From an uncultured Alphaproteobacteria bacterium (GTDB lineage: Bacteria > Pseudomonadota > Alphaproteobacteria > Caulobacterales > Caulobacteraceae), in NCBI GenBank assembly GCA_963804105.1, contig CAWDPL010000018.1, positions 3,508-67,507 on the forward strand: DNA of 64,000 nt. The letters run 5' to 3'. This document shows positions 61,420-64,000 of the stretch, in pieces; within the stretch, counting starts at the first letter, position 1; the number at the start of each line of letters is the position of its first letter. The notes beneath the pieces were generated by a model. The model saw nothing but the letters and a program-made list of their open reading frames with translations. It was not told the origin of the DNA and did no database searches. The translations under genes were made by a program, and so were the position numbers.

Positions 61420-61821
61420 GTGGACTCCCATGGCCGAGCCCTGGCCAAGGCGGTGTCCTGGCGGGTGATCGGCACGCTGGACACCTTCGTCTGGAGCTGG
61501 CTCATCACCGGCCACGCCAGCTGGGCCAGCGCCATCGCCGCCACCGAGATCGCCACCAAGATCGCGCTGTTCTATCTGCATGAGCGCGCCTGGCGACTGT
61601 TCCGCTGGGCGCCCAACGCCCACCTGCGTTCGCTGATCAAGGCGGTGAGCTGGCGGTTTTTCGGCAGCCTGGACACCTTCGTCCTCAGCCTGATCTTCAC
61701 CGGCAGCGCCAAGTACGCCGTGTCCATCGCCACGGCCGAGGCCCTAACCAAGATCGCGCTCTACTATGTGCACGAACGCGCCTGGCGACGTGTGGCGTGG
61801 GGACGGCTGGAGGCGGCCTAG
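61420..61821 (+). CDS. DUF2061-family membrane protein (two tandem repeats)
   Basis: [26 protein letters not shown]...[14 protein letters not shown] is repeated as [26 protein letters not shown]...[14 protein letters not shown]. The gene may start earlier, at ATG 61356, if an indel is present. Confidence 0.65.
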   Translation: MDSHGRALAKAVSWRVIGTLDTFVWSWLITGHASWASAIAATEIATKIALFYLHERAWRLFRWAPNAHLRSLIKAVSWRFFGSLDTFVLSLIFTGSAKYAVSIATAEALTKIALYYVHERAWRRVAWGRLEAA

Positions 61822-62384
61822 TCCTTGGCCCGCTCGTAATAGGACCCATCCTCGGTCTGCACCACGATGCGGGTGCCGGCGGTGATGTAGGTGGGCACCA
61901 TGGTGCGCAGGCCGTTGGCCAGGATGGCGGGCTTGTAGGAGCCCGATGCGGTCTGGCCCTTGGTCACCGGCTCGGTCTCCACCACTTCCAGCGTGACGCG
62001 GGCGGGCAGTTCAAGGGCGATGGGCACGCCTTCATGGGTCGACAGGGTCACGGCCATGCCGTCCTGCAGATAGACCGCCAGATCGCCCACCACCTCGGGC
62101 GGCGCCACCAGCTGGTCGTAGGTCTCGGGGTTCATGAAATGGAAGCCCTCCCCGTCGCTGTACAGGAAGGTGTGCTCGCGTTGATCGACGAAGGCGCGCT
62201 CGACCTGCTCGGTGGTGCGGTAGCGCTCGGAAACCTTCACCCCGTCGGAGATGCGGCGCATGTCGAGCTGGGTCACCGGCGTGCCCTTGCCGGGATGGAT
62301 ATTCTCGGCGTTGAGAACCACATAGAGCTTGCCGCCCATGTCGACGACGGCGCCCTTGCGGAGCGAACTGGCCTGGACCTTCAC
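61818..62384 (-). CDS. efp: translation elongation factor P
   Basis: [50 protein letters not shown]...[10 protein letters not shown]...[32 protein letters not shown]. The modifiable Lys sits in the PGKG loop (K33). Confidence 0.95.
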   Translation of the reverse strand: MKVQASSLRKGAVVDMGGKLYVVLNAENIHPGKGTPVTQLDMRRISDGVKVSERYRTTEQVERAFVDQREHTFLYSDGEGFHFMNPETYDQLVAPPEVVGDLAVYLQDGMAVTLSTHEGVPIALELPARVTLEVVETEPVTKGQTASGSYKPAILANGLRTMVPTYITAGTRIVVQTEDGSYYERAKD

Positions 62385-62502
62385 CTATTGTATTCCTCAA
62401 ATTCGGCGGGCGATGACCGTCCGCATGATTCTGCTAAGCCGCTTTGACCCGCGCACCTATACGATAAGCGCTCAAATCTCCAGCCTGACAGACCCGCTCA
62501 CA

Positions 62503-63546
62503 GTGACACCGCCCTGGCGCCCCGACCTTTACGCCGAACGCCGGCCTCGCCTGATGGCCCGCAACCGCATCGCCGCGGCCGTGCGCGATTGGTTCGCGGC
62601 GCGCGACTTCGTGCAGGTGGAAACAGCCGCTATGCAGGTGTCGCCGGGCAACGAGACGCACCTGCACGCCTTTTCCACCCAGGCCGTGGCGCCGGACGGC
62701 GAGCGCCGAGGCCTGCACCTGCGCACCTCGCCTGAATTCGCCTGCAAAAAGCTGCTGGCGGCGGGCGAGCCGCGCCTGTTCGAGCTCGCCCGCGTCTGGC
62801 GCAACCGCGAACGCGGGGCCCTGCATCATCCGGAGTTTACCCTGCTGGAGTGGTATCGGGCGGGCGAACCCTACACGGTCCTGATGGACGATTGCGCCGC
62901 CCTGCTGGCTCTGGCGGCCGATGTGACGGGCGCCCGCCAATTCGCCTTCCGAGGACGCACCGCCAATCCGCGCCTTGAGCCCGAACGCCTGACCATGGCC
63001 GAAGCCTTCGAGCGGTTCGCCGGAATCGACCTTTTGGCCACGGTTGAGGCGAACGGCGCCGCGGACCGCAATTCCTTGGCCGCCCTGGCCAAGGCGGCGG
63101 GCGTGCGCATGGCCGAGGATGACAACTGGTCGGACATCTTCAGCCGCGTACTGCTGGACAAGGTCGAACCGAACATCGGCAATGGGCGCGCCACGTTCCT
63201 CTACGAATATCCCATTCCAGAGGCGGCCCTGGCCCGGCCCAAGCCCGGCGCGCCCAAGGTCGCGGAGCGGTTCGAGCTTTACGCTTGCGGCGTTGAGCTC
63301 GCCAACGCCTTCGGCGAGCTGACCGACGCCGCTTTACAGCGCGCACGGTTCGAGGCCGACATGGCCGAAAAGGCGCGACTCTATGGAGAGGCCTATCCCA
63401 TCGACGAGGACTTTCTCGATGCGCTGGCGCAAATGCCTGACGCCGCCGGCGCGGCCCTGGGTTTCGACCGCCTGGTGATGCTGGCCACGGGCGCCGAGCA
63501 CATCGAGCAGGTGCTGTGGACGCCGGTGGCGGAGGCGCGGTCGTGA
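62503..63546 (+). CDS. epmA: EF-P lysine aminoacylase EpmA (GenX/PoxA, truncated LysRS-like); alternative ATG start at 62413
   Basis: PPWRPDLYAERRPRLMARNRIAAAVRDWFAARDFVQVETAAMQVSPGNETHLHAF...LRTSPEFACKKLLAAGEPRLFELARVWRNRERGALHHPEFTLLEWY...ERFELYACGVELANAFGEL...GAALGFDRLVMLATG. Confidence 0.85.
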   Translation: MTPPWRPDLYAERRPRLMARNRIAAAVRDWFAARDFVQVETAAMQVSPGNETHLHAFSTQAVAPDGERRGLHLRTSPEFACKKLLAAGEPRLFELARVWRNRERGALHHPEFTLLEWYRAGEPYTVLMDDCAALLALAADVTGARQFAFRGRTANPRLEPERLTMAEAFERFAGIDLLATVEANGAADRNSLAALAKAAGVRMAEDDNWSDIFSRVLLDKVEPNIGNGRATFLYEYPIPEAALARPKPGAPKVAERFELYACGVELANAFGELTDAALQRARFEADMAEKARLYGEAYPIDEDFLDALAQMPDAAGAALGFDRLVMLATGAEHIEQVLWTPVAEARS

Positions 63547-64000
63547 ACGCCCTCGCCAGCCCCAAGGCCCTGGCCGAGGCCGGGCTGATCGGAGCCGAGA
63601 GCTTGCCTGAGCTGGAAAAGGTCGCCGCGCGCTACGCCGTGGCCCTGACCCCGGCTCTGGCCGCGCTGATCGATCCGTCCGACCCGAACGATCCCATCGC
63701 CCGCCAGTTCCTCCCCGACGCGCGCGAGCTGATCGCCTTGCCGGGCGAGAGCGCCGACCCCATCGGCGATACGGCCCACACCCCGGTCGACGGCATAGTC
63801 CACCGCTACCCGGACCGAGTGCTGCTGAAGGTCGTGCACGCCTGCGCCGTCTATTGCCGGTTCTGCTTCCGGCGCGAGATGGTCGGGCCCGGGGGCCTGG
63901 GCGCGCTGTCGCCGCGGGCGCTGGATCGGGCCCTCGCCTACATCGCCGACCGGCCCGCAATCTGGGAGGTGATCCTCACGGGCGGCGATCCGCTGATCCT
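63543..64000 (+). CDS. epmB: EF-P beta-lysylation protein EpmB (lysine 2,3-aminomutase-like radical SAM), N-terminal part, runs off the right edge
   Basis: The GTG start overlaps the epmA stop (GTGA). LPELEKVAARYAVALTPALAALID...DPIARQFLP...ESADPIGD...VHRYPDRVLLKVVHACAVYCRFCFRREMVG contains the CxxxCxxC motif. ...VILTGGDPL follows. Confidence 0.85.
   Translation, partial: MNALASPKALAEAGLIGAESLPELEKVAARYAVALTPALAALIDPSDPNDPIARQFLPDARELIALPGESADPIGDTAHTPVDGIVHRYPDRVLLKVVHACAVYCRFCFRREMVGPGGLGALSPRALDRALAYIADRPAIWEVILTGGDPLI

Overview
The window is almost entirely high-GC DNA (about 70-75 % G+C in the 60-nt lines I hand-counted). It is most probably an alphaproteobacterial chromosome, judged from a MucR/Ros regulator, hopanoid hpn genes and a REP element of the [17 protein letters not shown] type. 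The first ~1.8 kb is different: about 50 % G+C, carrying a truncated ExbD operon. I can support about 57 protein genes. I found no rRNA, tRNA, CRISPR array, integrase or transposase.

Gene order:
- 1-1.8 kb: low-GC ExbD fragment.
- 1.8-10.2 kb: ispG, ispA and hopanoid-associated genes (hpnM, hpnN, a DUF2141 gene, hpnI, hpnL).
- 10.2-15.2 kb: two Tat-exported FMN-dependent alpha-hydroxy-acid dehydrogenase paralogs plus a TonB-dependent receptor.
- 15.5-16.6 kb: mtnA.
- 16.5-25.7 kb: a 9.1-kb block bounded by 92-bp direct repeats of the mtnA 3' end. It carries a DUF3141 protein, a MaoC-Pta fusion, ackA, a STAS protein, a P-type H+-ATPase and PPK2.
- 25.7-30.3 kb: a GltS-FMN family protein, a VOC protein, and GT25 and GT9 LPS core glycosyltransferases.
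- 30.4-37.1 kb: a three-gene transglutaminase / amidoligase / circularly permuted ATP-grasp / alpha-E operon.
- 37.2-43.3 kb: mucR, an orphan two-gene operon, and an OmpR-type regulator with a LysM-FecR protein and a CHASE2 histidine kinase.
- 43.3-45.2 kb: small envelope proteins.
- 45.2-49.6 kb: an MdtA/MdtB-like RND pair.
- 50.1-55.6 kb: an amidase, a Tat-signal beta-propeller, a YciI protein with its ECF sigma factor, and an MFS transporter.
- 55.7-57.9 kb: a host-attachment (eRF1-like) protein divergent from a beta-CASP nuclease.
- 58.0-64.0 kb: a TMEM175-like channel, a fatty-acid hydroxylase, an ABC-2 exporter, a DUF2061 protein, and efp-epmA-epmB.

About 21 genes have interrupted reading frames. 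The interruptions cluster in patches, hit the essential ispG and ispA genes, and in several cases sit in short homopolymers. I read them as assembly indels rather than gene decay, but I type them as pseudogene because that is what the sequence shows.

The best candidates for follow-up are:
- the repeat-bounded, recombinase-less island in mtnA;
- the transglutaminase/ATP-grasp operon, which I believe is uncharacterised experimentally;
- the paired periplasmic flavoenzymes next to the TonB-dependent receptor;
- the eRF1-like / beta-CASP pair;
- the composition break at about 1.8 kb.

All family names come from my own motif recognition. No searches were run.
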